Below, piece after piece: positions 30,017-39,748 of a DNA stretch of 64,000 bases. The notes under the pieces are model-generated. The model searched no databases. It was not told the DNA's origin and saw only the letters and a list, made by a program, of their open reading frames with translations. Every line of letters starts with the position of its first letter. Position 1 is the stretch's first letter. Both the position numbers and the translations under genes were made by a program. Origin of the DNA: Candidatus Berkelbacteria bacterium (GTDB taxonomy: Bacteria > Patescibacteriota > UBA1384 > XYA2-FULL-43-10 > CAINNR01); assembly GCA_037142675.1 (NCBI GenBank), contig JBAXAF010000003.1, positions 3,717 through 67,716 on the forward strand, given 5' to 3'.

Positions 30017-31600
30017 CAATGACTTTGTGCCTTCAGATATAGTACTTTTATCGCTCCCAGAGTGGGAAAATGCTGGTTCTAACCTAGCATTTTTTTGTTG
30101 ATAAGATTTGGCAATTTCAGCAAACGGCTCTCGCCAAAAACGATCTCCCACACTGAGTATTCCGTTCTTCATAGTTAAGTTCTTACCTAAGGTTATCAAT
30201 ATCTCACGACGAGCCTGTTTGTCGCCATTTAGGAAGTTAATTTGAGCATAGGCAACGAACTCAACGGCTTTCTCCAATATTTCGGTACAGTTGTTAATTT
30301 TCTTCTCGGCAGTATTCAATCTCTCTATGGCCAAAGCTTTCTCTCTGTTAATTTCAACTTTTCTAGCAACATATTCATTACTATCAACAAAGCCTTCAAT
30401 TTTGGAGTCCAAAAGTCTTTTTAGTTTGTCATCACATTTTAAAACCTCGCCTTGGGCACTTTTTGTGATTAGTTCTTTCTCTCCAAATTCCTCTTCATTA
30501 GATCTTTTCAACTTATTCATGGCAAATTGCAAAAATTCGTCAGGCAGTTTTGTTTCTCCCAACCTTTCAATAATTTGTTTCTCCAACTCTGGCTCGAGTG
30601 TATTTTTCCTGTCTTGGCAATAGAAATCTCGTTTCTTGTGCGTGCAGTGGTAATAAGTATATTCTTTTGACTGCCCCGTGCTCTTAATGTCTTTAGTTTT
30701 AGTTTCGGCTGTAATGGCACAGCCACAAACTTCACACTGAACGGCACCAGTATAGGCAAAATCGCGAGTTTTGGCCCTAGTTTTTCCTCTATCGCCTAAA
30801 AACTTTTGAACGCAGTCAAACTCTTCGAGCGTAACCATTGGCTCATGAGTTGCTTTGTATTGGTTCCCTCGGTATTCTAGTCGGGCAGTATAAAAGATAT
30901 TGCTGAAAGTTTTGTAGATTAAGCTGTAACCCAGTGGCCTAGCCGAGTATTTACCTCGTGGCTTGGTTGTTAGCCCCCACTCCTTGTTGGCAATATCACA
31001 GATCTGCTGTGGATTGTAGTTGCCAGACAGCATCATTTCCCACATTTTCCTTACCAATTCAAAGCGGTCTGGATCTTTTTCAATATGAGCGCTCTTTTTG
31101 CTGTCTCTGACATTAATGTAGCCAATGGGGGCACGGCTTGGATATTCACCCTTTTCAAATTTGCTCAAAACACTGCGTGAAATGTTTGTGCTCAAATCCT
31201 TTACATACTGATTAGCCATTCCCATTTCGAGAGACATCATTACAACATTATCTTCAGGGGCGTATTCTTTTTCGAAAGTCACAATTCGCTTAATAATGCT
31301 TTCTTGTAGCAAATAGCTAATAGTGCCGGCATCAACAGGATTTCTGGCCAAACGATCTAGTTTCCAACAGATAATCCCACTAGCTTCGCCTTTTTGGATT
31401 CTTTGAATCATCTCGGCAAAGAGAGGGCGAACATATGGGTTTTTGGCTGATTTTGCCTCTTGGATAATATCAACAACCACCAAACCCTTTTCCTGGGCGA
31501 TTCGCTTCAAGAATTTGATTTGATCGGGCAACGATTCAATTTGATTGTCGCCACGATCTGTTGATTTTCGGGCATAAATGAAGAATTTTTCTTTAGTCAT
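29951..31600 (-). CDS. Large serine recombinase (integrase)
   Basis: IYARKSTD catalytic Ser, KLDRLARN, PIGY, HEPMV, CEVCG..YYHC zinc ribbon, coiled coil; ATG 31600. Confidence 0.93.
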   Translation of the reverse strand: MTKEKFFIYARKSTDRGDNQIESLPDQIKFLKRIAQEKGLVVVDIIQEAKSAKNPYVRPLFAEMIQRIQKGEASGIICWKLDRLARNPVDAGTISYLLQESIIKRIVTFEKEYAPEDNVVMMSLEMGMANQYVKDLSTNISRSVLSKFEKGEYPSRAPIGYINVRDSKKSAHIEKDPDRFELVRKMWEMMLSGNYNPQQICDIANKEWGLTTKPRGKYSARPLGYSLIYKTFSNIFYTARLEYRGNQYKATHEPMVTLEEFDCVQKFLGDRGKTRAKTRDFAYTGAVQCEVCGCAITAETKTKDIKSTGQSKEYTYYHCTHKKRDFYCQDRKNTLEPELEKQIIERLGETKLPDEFLQFAMNKLKRSNEEEFGEKELITKSAQGEVLKCDDKLKRLLDSKIEGFVDSNEYVARKVEINREKALAIERLNTAEKKINNCTEILEKAVEFVAYAQINFLNGDKQARREILITLGKNLTMKNGILSVGDRFWREPFAEIAKSYQQKNARLEPAFSHSGSDKSTISEGTKSLWWTVLDSNQRPLRCQRSALAN

Positions 31601-31747
31601 ATTATTTTTCCTATAAAAAAGAGAGGCAATAGCAAGAAGTTTCAAGTTACGACACAAGAAACGGCTACTGCCTCACTTTTACAAAAAACTTCTATTGCGT
31701 TGTCTTGTGTCGTGATTATATTGTATCAAATCTAGGTAATAAAGTCA

Positions 31748-31894
31748 TCATGAATTGGGCAGTTTACGAACTAAATCAACAAAGCGAATTAAACTCAAAG
31801 CGTCTTCCATTGCCTCAGCATCGGAGATGTCTTTGCCCCACTTGGCTTTGACCAAAGCTTTGTATTCAATTATGTCCGATTGAGTTAATTGCAT
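31748..31894 (-). CDS. Small helical protein upstream of integrase
   Basis: MQLTQSDIIEYKALVKAKWGKDISDAEAMEDALSLIRFVDLVRK; AGGA upstream of ATG 31894. Confidence 0.65.
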   Translation of the reverse strand: MQLTQSDIIEYKALVKAKWGKDISDAEAMEDALSLIRFVDLVRKLPNS

Positions 31895-31994
31895 TTTTCC
31901 TGAGCAAGGGCAGTCGGGGGAGACGGTACCCCTAGTTATTAATATGGATGAAGGCATTTGAAAAATAAAAAATGAACTGTGCCAAACCTACCCA

Positions 31995-32327
31995 TTATTT
32001 AAATCCCAGCCTTTTTTCTATTTCCTCCCTGGAAAGACCAGTTTCTCTTCGAAAAAAAGCATAAGCTTTAAGTTCTCCGACCTTGTTATACATAATGTTA
32101 TTTCTGAGTTTTTTGGTAATTCTGTAGAAATTATCTTTATTATTGGCAAATTCTGCATCAAAGGCCTCTGCGGTAGGAACTTTTTTCTTCTGAAGCTGTC
32201 CTGCTCGCCAAGCGAGTAGAAAATTATCATCAGTATCAAAATGTTTAATTGGAAACTTGCCATTGAAAGCAATTATTGAACATTCGATGTGTTTCAGGCT
32301 AGTTTTTGGATAGATCAATTTTTTCAT
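31995..32327 (-). CDS. Hypothetical basic protein
   Basis: AAGGAG SD before ATG 32327; 110 aa. Confidence 0.6.
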   Translation of the reverse strand: MKKLIYPKTSLKHIECSIIAFNGKFPIKHFDTDDNFLLAWRAGQLQKKKVPTAEAFDAEFANNKDNFYRITKKLRNNIMYNKVGELKAYAFFRRETGLSREEIEKRLGFK

Positions 32328-32670
32328 TTTTCTCCTTTGTAATTTTTGGTTACATTGATATTTCAAAAAGTGTTGATTGACACCCCTCTTTCTCCCCACA
32401 ACAAATAATTAAATACAGATGGCTCTTTGTAGAATTGTTTTATCTCAACTCAGGAGCTTGCTTCGCTTAACATTGGGCGTCATTGTATTGACGGAGTCCA
32501 AGAGGTTCCATTCCCTGTCAGCCCGGGGATATGGTTTTAATTGATCAACATTTCAATTTAGATTTAGTGTTGACTCCCTCTGGCTATTGACGCATGCCAG
32601 ATCACTCTTGCGCTTGTTTCCAAGAAGTTGAACAAACAATGTTCAACATTCCTGTAAGCAAATAATAATG

Positions 32671-32994
32671 TTATTTTTTTCTTGCCCATCTTATTGCCAT
32701 AAAACCCTCATCAACCAGACAATCCCTAACAAAATTCTGAATTTGATTCCCTGAGCCAATTAATGAATTTTCATACCCACTATCCTTGTCGACCAACATC
32801 ACAAGATATCGATTTGTGAGCGGCTTTCCCTCACAATCCTTTGGCATATCAACGGCATTTGCCAGTCGAGCCAAGATCTTTAGCGGACTATGCTTTTTGG
32901 TGTTCAAACAGGGTCTTGGCATACCGGAAGTTTTGAACGGTCTGGAATACCCATTCGGGTCATCAACCCACTTGTCGTAAATGTTGATTTTCAT
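32671..32994 (-). CDS. Hypothetical protein
   Basis: AAGGA SD; 107-aa ORF downstream of a minus-strand promoter. Confidence 0.6.
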   Translation of the reverse strand: MKINIYDKWVDDPNGYSRPFKTSGMPRPCLNTKKHSPLKILARLANAVDMPKDCEGKPLTNRYLVMLVDKDSGYENSLIGSGNQIQNFVRDCLVDEGFMAIRWARKK

Positions 32995-33208
32995 TGCCGA
33001 GTCCTTTCTTTAAAGGGTTAAAAATCTTTAAGAAAATCCCATAGAACCGGGCAGAACTATGAGATTTTCTTAGCCCAGTTCCTAGTTTTTAGATGAGAAA
33101 TTGAAGAACTAATTCAGAGAACGCTGAGTACTAATCCATTAAAAAAAACCGAAAATTTACAATTTATGTAAATGCCCGGTTGTTCCGTCGACTTAATAAA
33201 TTACTAAA

Positions 33209-33237
33209 AGCTTACAGAAGTATGGTCTGAAAGTCAA
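33209..33237 (-). promoter_or_regulatory. Putative sigma70 promoter for the leftward operon of the element
   Basis: TTGACT-17 bp-TAAGCT. Confidence 0.5.
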
Positions 33238-33444
33238 ACAACATTTAACAACAAAGAAATTTGCTATTCCTGAAGCAATCATTTGATATTTAATGTTTTT
33301 AGCTAGTATATTTCATTTTGCGAAAAAGACTTTCAATTGCTAGGACAAAGTGGTACAGTAAACACTAGAAAACATTCGGGCATGGACTAAAAATTCCCTC
33401 GGCCTATTTTGGTCGAGTATCTTGGCTTAATAATTTTAAAAAAT

Positions 33445-36400
33445 ATGGCTGACTATAGCCAAAAATTTGACGCAAAAGCATATTGGGCAACTAAACCGTT
33501 TTGTTCTGTTTGCAAAAATCACAAGGTGAAAAACGGAACAATTTGTTATAAATGCAAGGGAAATATGGAAAAAAACAAAATAGCTAACACAATTGAAGAG
33601 AGCTTTGATACTGAGGATGAAAAAGCTACATCATCTACTACTACCAAAATTCCTGAGAAATTCTCTCAAATAAAATTTGATAAAAGTTTTATTAAAAAAC
33701 TATTGGACAAACTAAAGGTTGGCAATGCCAGATCGATTCACCTCAACGCGGTTCCTGGTCGATCTGCTACACGATTAGACCTGCACCAGTTATCAGAAAT
33801 TGATCCTGAAATGCCACTCGATTTTATCAAAACTATATTGAACAAAGAAAGCTTCTCATTCTCTATTTCATTTGACAAAATTGATCTAGGAGAGCTGGAA
33901 GATAGTGAGAAGAAAAAACTTGTGCTTATTTCTAAAAGACTAAATGCACTTGTAATAGAAAAAGAAGATAATTTTTTGGAATTTGGTCTCAAGAATTTTG
34001 GTTTTGGTTATCCAATATTAATAAAACGTGACCAAAATGACCCAACAAAAATTATTAAAGCGCCTCTTTTCATCTGGCACTTAGACATCGAAAGATCATA
34101 TCAGAATAAAAATAACTGGACCATTAAAAAAGATGAAGATTCGCCGATCAAGATTAATGAAATACTGATCTCTCACCTCTCAAAAGATGAGTCAGTCAAA
34201 ATAGAAAAAATCTCCCAAGAAATTCTCGAAGATGGAATACTAGATGAGACCGAACTTCTAGAGATGAGTAGCAATATATTGTCGCAACTAAATTCTAAAG
34301 TTGATAATTTATCGATTAGAATAGATAAGTGTCCTGATTCGAAAGAGATTGAAGCAATCGCAAATTCTAAACCATGGATTCAATGGAGTGGAATTTTTGG
34401 GATTTATCGTTCGCAAAATGAAACAATCATCCACTCGACAGAAGAACTGCTTGAGAGATTCGATGAATTTGAAAGTGAAAAGTTGGTATTAGAGCAATTT
34501 CAAACATCCAGCATATCTGCGGTTGAAACTGACCCTAGCAAAGAAGAGATTGTTAACACATTAACGAAAGATGAAATTAAGTTAATCCAGGGGCCACCAG
34601 GAACTGGTAAAAGTCAAAGTATTACAGCTATTGTGTCTAATGCACTTGCAAACAACGCTAAATGTCTTATTGTCTGCGAAAAGAAAACGGCGCTTGATGT
34701 AATAAATGAAAATTTGAAAAAGATTGGGTTGGACAGCTACTCAATCCTTATCGACGATGTTAACAAAGACAGGAAAAAAGTCATCCAAAAAGCACGTGAT
34801 ATTAAAGAATCGCCATATTACCCGTCATTCGCGAGAAAAGATTTTGAAATTAAATATGAAAAATTTTGTGAGCTAAAAAATGATATTAATCTAAAGAGCG
34901 CTGAGACACTTCAAAAAGTTTTAGGAGATATTTCCTGGAAGCAGCTAGTCGGTTTATATTTGAAATTTTCTAAGTCGGGAGATATAGATAAAATTGCTTC
35001 AGAAATTAACTACAGCCAACTAAAATTTGACCACCAAGAATACTCTGACTACCTTGCCATGGTAGAAGAATCCGTTTTTCTTTTTGATGATTTGGAAAAA
35101 AATTCAGAGGAAGTCTTTTCCTTATTGCGCGACACATCGTTTTTAACTCCTTACCGTTCCACTGACAAAGAAAATTTAAAGGATGAAATTGAAATTATTT
35201 CTCAAATTGCAAAATCCTCTGAACAATTTCTGATCAAAAATGCACAGTCTGGTTTCGAAGAAAAAGGAATTTCGTTGTTTAAGCCGAAATCGATCGTAAA
35301 ATGCAAATTGCAATTATCTGAATTGAAACAAGCACTAAAAGAAATTATTGACTTGTATGAGGCCGGGATTAAATTAGTTGGTGATGAGTTTAACAAAAAG
35401 GGCTTGGTCCAAAATGTTAGGTACCAAGTCTCAGCTTTATTTGGCACCAAACATAAAAAAATATATGCTATCAGAAGAAAAATTCCCACATTACTAAAAA
35501 ATGCCACTCAGATTATCTCGGAATTAGAAAAGTTTGGTTTTGGAAACTTAAGCCTAAAAAAATTTGAAGCACACGAGTCGTGCAAAAGCTTAAAAAATAA
35601 TTCTATAGATACTTTAGGGGAAGTCAAAAAAATTGAATCAAAGATAGATCAAATCAAGAAAAATGAAGACGAATTAATAAGCATCTACAAAAAGTTAATG
35701 GAATCTGCAGAAAAAAAGATTTTTGACCTTGATATCAAAAGTTATATTTCCTTAGGAAATCGTGCTCAGCTAGTTAAATTCTTCAAGGACATGGGTGATG
35801 TCATCGAAAATGTTCGTTGCCATTTGGATGCTTACGAGAGTTATCATAACTGGAAATATTTTTGCAGTAATAAGAATAGTCTCGAATTACAGATTCTATC
35901 TGCACTTAAAGATTCTCCGCCAGAAAACTGGAGAAACATTTTTATTGCTTGGTATTATCGTGGAACATTACAAAATTATGAAAATACAACAAAAGTCGGA
36001 TTTCACAAGTCAAATTCTAAATTACAACAGCTATCTGGAGTCTATAATGAGCTCTGTGATTCCCAGATTCAACAAATTAAATCAAATTGGGGAAATAGCA
36101 GAAGCTACCAAATATCCAAAATTGATTATAACTTCAATACCCTATTTAGCTTGAGAAAAAACAACGCGGGGCCAAAAAGTTCGCTTAGAAAAATTATTGA
36201 CAAAGATTTTGATTTATTCACCACTTTGTTTCCAGTTATTTTAACTAACCCTGCAGCTGCAAATGCTATTTTTCCTCTCACCCAGGGATTGTTTAATATT
36301 GTCATCTTTGATGAGGCTAGCCAGTTGAGAATCTCTGACACTTTTACAAGTCTAATCCGCGGACAATATAAAATCATCGCTGGAGATGAACATCAGATGC

Positions 36401-37608
36401 CTCCTTCAAGCTATTTTCAAAGTACTGCTGAGTTGCTAGATAACCCTGAAGGAGAAGAGATTGAGTCAACTGCAGACGAAGATGAGCAAGCGGTTTTAGC
36501 TGAAAGTGAATCCTTGCTTCAATATGCCAGTGATTTAAAGAATGTGAACAAGTCGTACTTGGATTTTCACTACCGCTCAAATCATCCTGCTCTAATCGAC
36601 TTTTCAAACTGCGCTTTTTATGGAGGAAATCTGGTCCCTTTTCCACCGCAAGAAATTTACACCCCAATAGAATTCAGAGCTATCAATGGTCGTTACGAAA
36701 CTAGGACCAACCCATCAGAAGTTATCGAAATAATAAAAATCATCAAGAATGAAATTCATGCTGATCAAAAAGGTAAATACCCATCAGTTGGGATAGCCAC
36801 TTTTAACATAAACCAAAGGAATCTGATTACCGAGGCATTAAATGAATGGGCGGAAAAGGATCCATCTTTTGGCAGAAAACTTCTGGAGTTAAGGGAGTGT
36901 GGTTTGTTCGTAAAGAATTTGGAAAATATTCAAGGTGACGAAAAAGACATTATCATTATCTCAACTACTTATGGGATTCAAGAAGACGGAAGTTTTTCGC
37001 AGAATTTTGCGAGACTAAATAGAATTGAAGGCTATAAATTGCTGAATGTTCTAATTACCAGAGCTAAGCACAAACTTTATGTTTGCACTTCAATTCCAAA
37101 AGAAAAATATCTTTCTTATGCTGACATTATACAAAACGAGGGAAATAACAAAAAGGGCATTCTGTACGCCTATCTTGCATATGCCGAAGCAGTCTCAAGC
37201 CATAATACCGAATCAGCAGAAGGAATTTTAAGAACATTAAAAGAATACAGTTATGAAAAACCTAGAATTATTTCGAACTCAGATGGTCTTTCCGAGTCCC
37301 CATTTGAAGAAGAAGTCTACGAGATGCTTTGTGACCAATTCAAGGCTGAAAATGTAATCCAGCAACATAAGATTGGTGGTTTTCGCCTAGATTTTGTCAT
37401 TAAAGCAAAATCAACAGATATTGTCCTGGAATGTGACGGGAAAGCATATCATCAGTCCGAAGAAGCGTACGCTCATGACATGTACCGACAAAAGGAGCTC
37501 GAGAAACTAGGTTTTGTGGTTTACAGAATCTGGTCAACAAACTGGTTTCAAGACAAGGAAATTGAAATGCAAAAACTAGTCAGATTTGTCGAATCTAAAA
37601 GCCAGTGA
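33445..37608 (+). CDS. SF1 (DNA2/NAM7-like) helicase with DUF4011-like N-terminus and C-terminal Vsr-like nuclease
   Basis: GPPGTGKS, IFDEASQ, GDEHQMPP, HYRS, IQGDEKD, LNVLITRAK; ESPFE..FRLDF..ECDG..H..RQ..RIWS; N-terminal CxxC..CxxC. Confidence 0.88.
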   Translation: MADYSQKFDAKAYWATKPFCSVCKNHKVKNGTICYKCKGNMEKNKIANTIEESFDTEDEKATSSTTTKIPEKFSQIKFDKSFIKKLLDKLKVGNARSIHLNAVPGRSATRLDLHQLSEIDPEMPLDFIKTILNKESFSFSISFDKIDLGELEDSEKKKLVLISKRLNALVIEKEDNFLEFGLKNFGFGYPILIKRDQNDPTKIIKAPLFIWHLDIERSYQNKNNWTIKKDEDSPIKINEILISHLSKDESVKIEKISQEILEDGILDETELLEMSSNILSQLNSKVDNLSIRIDKCPDSKEIEAIANSKPWIQWSGIFGIYRSQNETIIHSTEELLERFDEFESEKLVLEQFQTSSISAVETDPSKEEIVNTLTKDEIKLIQGPPGTGKSQSITAIVSNALANNAKCLIVCEKKTALDVINENLKKIGLDSYSILIDDVNKDRKKVIQKARDIKESPYYPSFARKDFEIKYEKFCELKNDINLKSAETLQKVLGDISWKQLVGLYLKFSKSGDIDKIASEINYSQLKFDHQEYSDYLAMVEESVFLFDDLEKNSEEVFSLLRDTSFLTPYRSTDKENLKDEIEIISQIAKSSEQFLIKNAQSGFEEKGISLFKPKSIVKCKLQLSELKQALKEIIDLYEAGIKLVGDEFNKKGLVQNVRYQVSALFGTKHKKIYAIRRKIPTLLKNATQIISELEKFGFGNLSLKKFEAHESCKSLKNNSIDTLGEVKKIESKIDQIKKNEDELISIYKKLMESAEKKIFDLDIKSYISLGNRAQLVKFFKDMGDVIENVRCHLDAYESYHNWKYFCSNKNSLELQILSALKDSPPENWRNIFIAWYYRGTLQNYENTTKVGFHKSNSKLQQLSGVYNELCDSQIQQIKSNWGNSRSYQISKIDYNFNTLFSLRKNNAGPKSSLRKIIDKDFDLFTTLFPVILTNPAAANAIFPLTQGLFNIVIFDEASQLRISDTFTSLIRGQYKIIAGDEHQMPPSSYFQSTAELLDNPEGEEIESTADEDEQAVLAESESLLQYASDLKNVNKSYLDFHYRSNHPALIDFSNCAFYGGNLVPFPPQEIYTPIEFRAINGRYETRTNPSEVIEIIKIIKNEIHADQKGKYPSVGIATFNINQRNLITEALNEWAEKDPSFGRKLLELRECGLFVKNLENIQGDEKDIIIISTTYGIQEDGSFSQNFARLNRIEGYKLLNVLITRAKHKLYVCTSIPKEKYLSYADIIQNEGNNKKGILYAYLAYAEAVSSHNTESAEGILRTLKEYSYEKPRIISNSDGLSESPFEEEVYEMLCDQFKAENVIQQHKIGGFRLDFVIKAKSTDIVLECDGKAYHQSEEAYAHDMYRQKELEKLGFVVYRIWSTNWFQDKEIEMQKLVRFVESKSQ

Positions 37609-37621
37609 ATAGTGCAAGATT

Positions 37622-39157
37622 ATGATAAATATTTACGTTACTGCCTCAAAACTTTATGATTATATTCAGTGTCCGCATAAAGTATGGCGGGATATTTACG
37701 GTCCGCAGAATGAAAAAATTGTCGAATCCAATCCTTTCATTGAGCTACTCTGGAAAAAGGGAATCCAACATGAAAAAAGGGTTGTCTCTGGCATAGGCAG
37801 CTTTTTAGATTTGAGCCAAGGGGATCTTGATGAAAGATTTAAAAAAACCCTAGAAGCTCTCAAAAATCATACGCCGCTGATTTACCAGGGTGTGATAAAA
37901 TATGGCAACTTATTCGGCATTCCAGATTTGCTGGAGCTAATGCCGGATGGCACTTATGTACCCATTGATATAAAATCTGGGTCTGCTTATGAAGGTGAAG
38001 ATGAAGAGCAAGATGCTGAAGGTAAACCAAAGTTGCATTACGCTGTCCAGCTGTGCCTTTATAACGACGTTTTGAAAAAGCTTGGGTTTGCCAATCATAA
38101 CAATGGCCAAGTTATTGATATTCGCCTTGATAAAGATGAATACAATCTTGTTGCACCTAAAGGGACAAGAGACAAAACAACTTGGTGGGATAATTACGAG
38201 AAGATTAAAAATGATGTCTGGCTGCTACTTAATGATGAAATAAGAAACAAACCGTCATATTCAGGTAAATGTAAATTATGCCCCTGGTACAAAAGTTGTA
38301 AAAACTGGTGTCAGGAAACGAACGATTTAACCAATATCTTTAATCTTGGAAGAGCCAACCGCGATAGAATCAACGAAGATCTTGGTATAGATAATCTGAC
38401 AGATTTGATGTCGGTTGATATTCCGTCCGTGATGGAAAAAAAAGAGTTGGAAAAAAAATCGGGCGATAAGAATTTTCTATTCAGAATTTCCGATAATACC
38501 CTGGAAAAGGCAGTTGAAAGGGCTAGAGTCTCACTAATTACAAAAAAACCAGTAATCTATCAACCAGAGGTATTCCCTGATGTCAGTTATGAATTATTCT
38601 TTGATATTGAAGACGATCCAACTCAAGAATTTGTCTATCTACACGGTGTATACGAAAGGCACAATCAAGAGGAACGGTTTCTGGATTTTACTGCTAGAGA
38701 AATAAGTTCTGCAGCTGAAAAAGCTGCTTGGTCAGATTTTTGGCAATATATTGAATCACTTCCCCAAGATGACTATTCTGTATACTATTATTCACATCAC
38801 GAAAAGACAACTTACAAAAGGATGCAGAAACTGTACCCGGATGTAATTTCCGCGAAAAAACTAGAAGAGTTTTTTGACAATCCAAATGTTATCGATCTAT
38901 ATAGCGTCATTCGCTCTAAAACTAATTGGCCGCTTCCAAGTTATTCCCTAAAGGAAATCGCTGTTTACCTCGGTTTTAAATGGAGAGATGAAACGCCATC
39001 TGGCGCGCTCTCAATCCAGTGGTTCAATAATTATATTGAACAGAAAGATCCTGAAATTCTTAAGAGGATTCTGCTTTACAACGAAGACGATTGCAAAGCG
39101 ACAATGGTTATCAAGGATGCGATCGTTAATCTAGAAATAACAGAAAGGATTATATGA
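37622..39157 (+). CDS. TM0106-family RecB-like nuclease with C-terminal RNase H-like domain
   Basis: QCPHKVW, GIPDLL..PIDIK, QLCLY, CKLCPW..C; FFDIE, YSLKEIA, YNEDDC. Confidence 0.85.
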   Translation: MINIYVTASKLYDYIQCPHKVWRDIYGPQNEKIVESNPFIELLWKKGIQHEKRVVSGIGSFLDLSQGDLDERFKKTLEALKNHTPLIYQGVIKYGNLFGIPDLLELMPDGTYVPIDIKSGSAYEGEDEEQDAEGKPKLHYAVQLCLYNDVLKKLGFANHNNGQVIDIRLDKDEYNLVAPKGTRDKTTWWDNYEKIKNDVWLLLNDEIRNKPSYSGKCKLCPWYKSCKNWCQETNDLTNIFNLGRANRDRINEDLGIDNLTDLMSVDIPSVMEKKELEKKSGDKNFLFRISDNTLEKAVERARVSLITKKPVIYQPEVFPDVSYELFFDIEDDPTQEFVYLHGVYERHNQEERFLDFTAREISSAAEKAAWSDFWQYIESLPQDDYSVYYYSHHEKTTYKRMQKLYPDVISAKKLEEFFDNPNVIDLYSVIRSKTNWPLPSYSLKEIAVYLGFKWRDETPSGALSIQWFNNYIEQKDPEILKRILLYNEDDCKATMVIKDAIVNLEITERII

Positions 39158-39738
39158 CTTCAATTTGCCCATATTGCAACAATGACACCGGCAAGGTAAT
39201 AACAATGAAAAAGAAATGCCCAGTTTGTACAAAAGTAATATTTGTTCGAAATGGAAAAGTTGTGACCGATGAAGAAAAATTTATTATTGATTGGCAAAAA
39301 TATATGGATTTTATGGTGCCAGATATTGAAGCTCTGAGATTTGACGTCGAAAAAACACTTAAGGCTAGATTTGGGAAAGAACCTGGCGCACCTGACTTGA
39401 TATGGGGGATGTTCAACCAAATATTATTGAAACTAAGTGACCCGTGGGACCTTTCAATTATTTATAGGAATATGGCTAAGTTTCGCCAGTCGGAAGGCAA
39501 TAAAGACGCGTATATAAAGCTGATGAAGACAGCAATGTGCTTAGAGGTAAGAGATAGTGCAGAAAAAGGGTGGGCTAATAATATTGTAATAAAAAATATA
39601 GATGATGGACTAGTTTGCGATGAGTGCAAAATTATCAATGGCAAGATCTACCCAGTCAAAGAAGCCTTAGCCAATTTCCCTTTGCCACATAATAAATGCA
39701 CTAGCGACGCGTGCAGATGCACATATTTAACCAAATAA
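39154..39738 (+). CDS. Cys-rich hypothetical protein
   Basis: CPYC..CPVC N-terminus; CDEC..PLPHNKC..CRC C-terminus; ATGA overlap with upstream gene. Confidence 0.75.
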   Translation: MTSICPYCNNDTGKVITMKKKCPVCTKVIFVRNGKVVTDEEKFIIDWQKYMDFMVPDIEALRFDVEKTLKARFGKEPGAPDLIWGMFNQILLKLSDPWDLSIIYRNMAKFRQSEGNKDAYIKLMKTAMCLEVRDSAEKGWANNIVIKNIDDGLVCDECKIINGKIYPVKEALANFPLPHNKCTSDACRCTYLTK

Positions 39739-39748
39739 TTTCAACTCA

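Noticed and set aside
31601-31657. N-terminal extension of the integrase in the ORF track
   Set aside because: Lies within the structured leader; ATG 31600 gives a typical serine recombinase start.
37622-39157. Cas4/CRISPR interpretation of the RecB-like nuclease
   Set aside because: No cas1/cas2 and no repeat-spacer array in the window; architecture fits TM0106.
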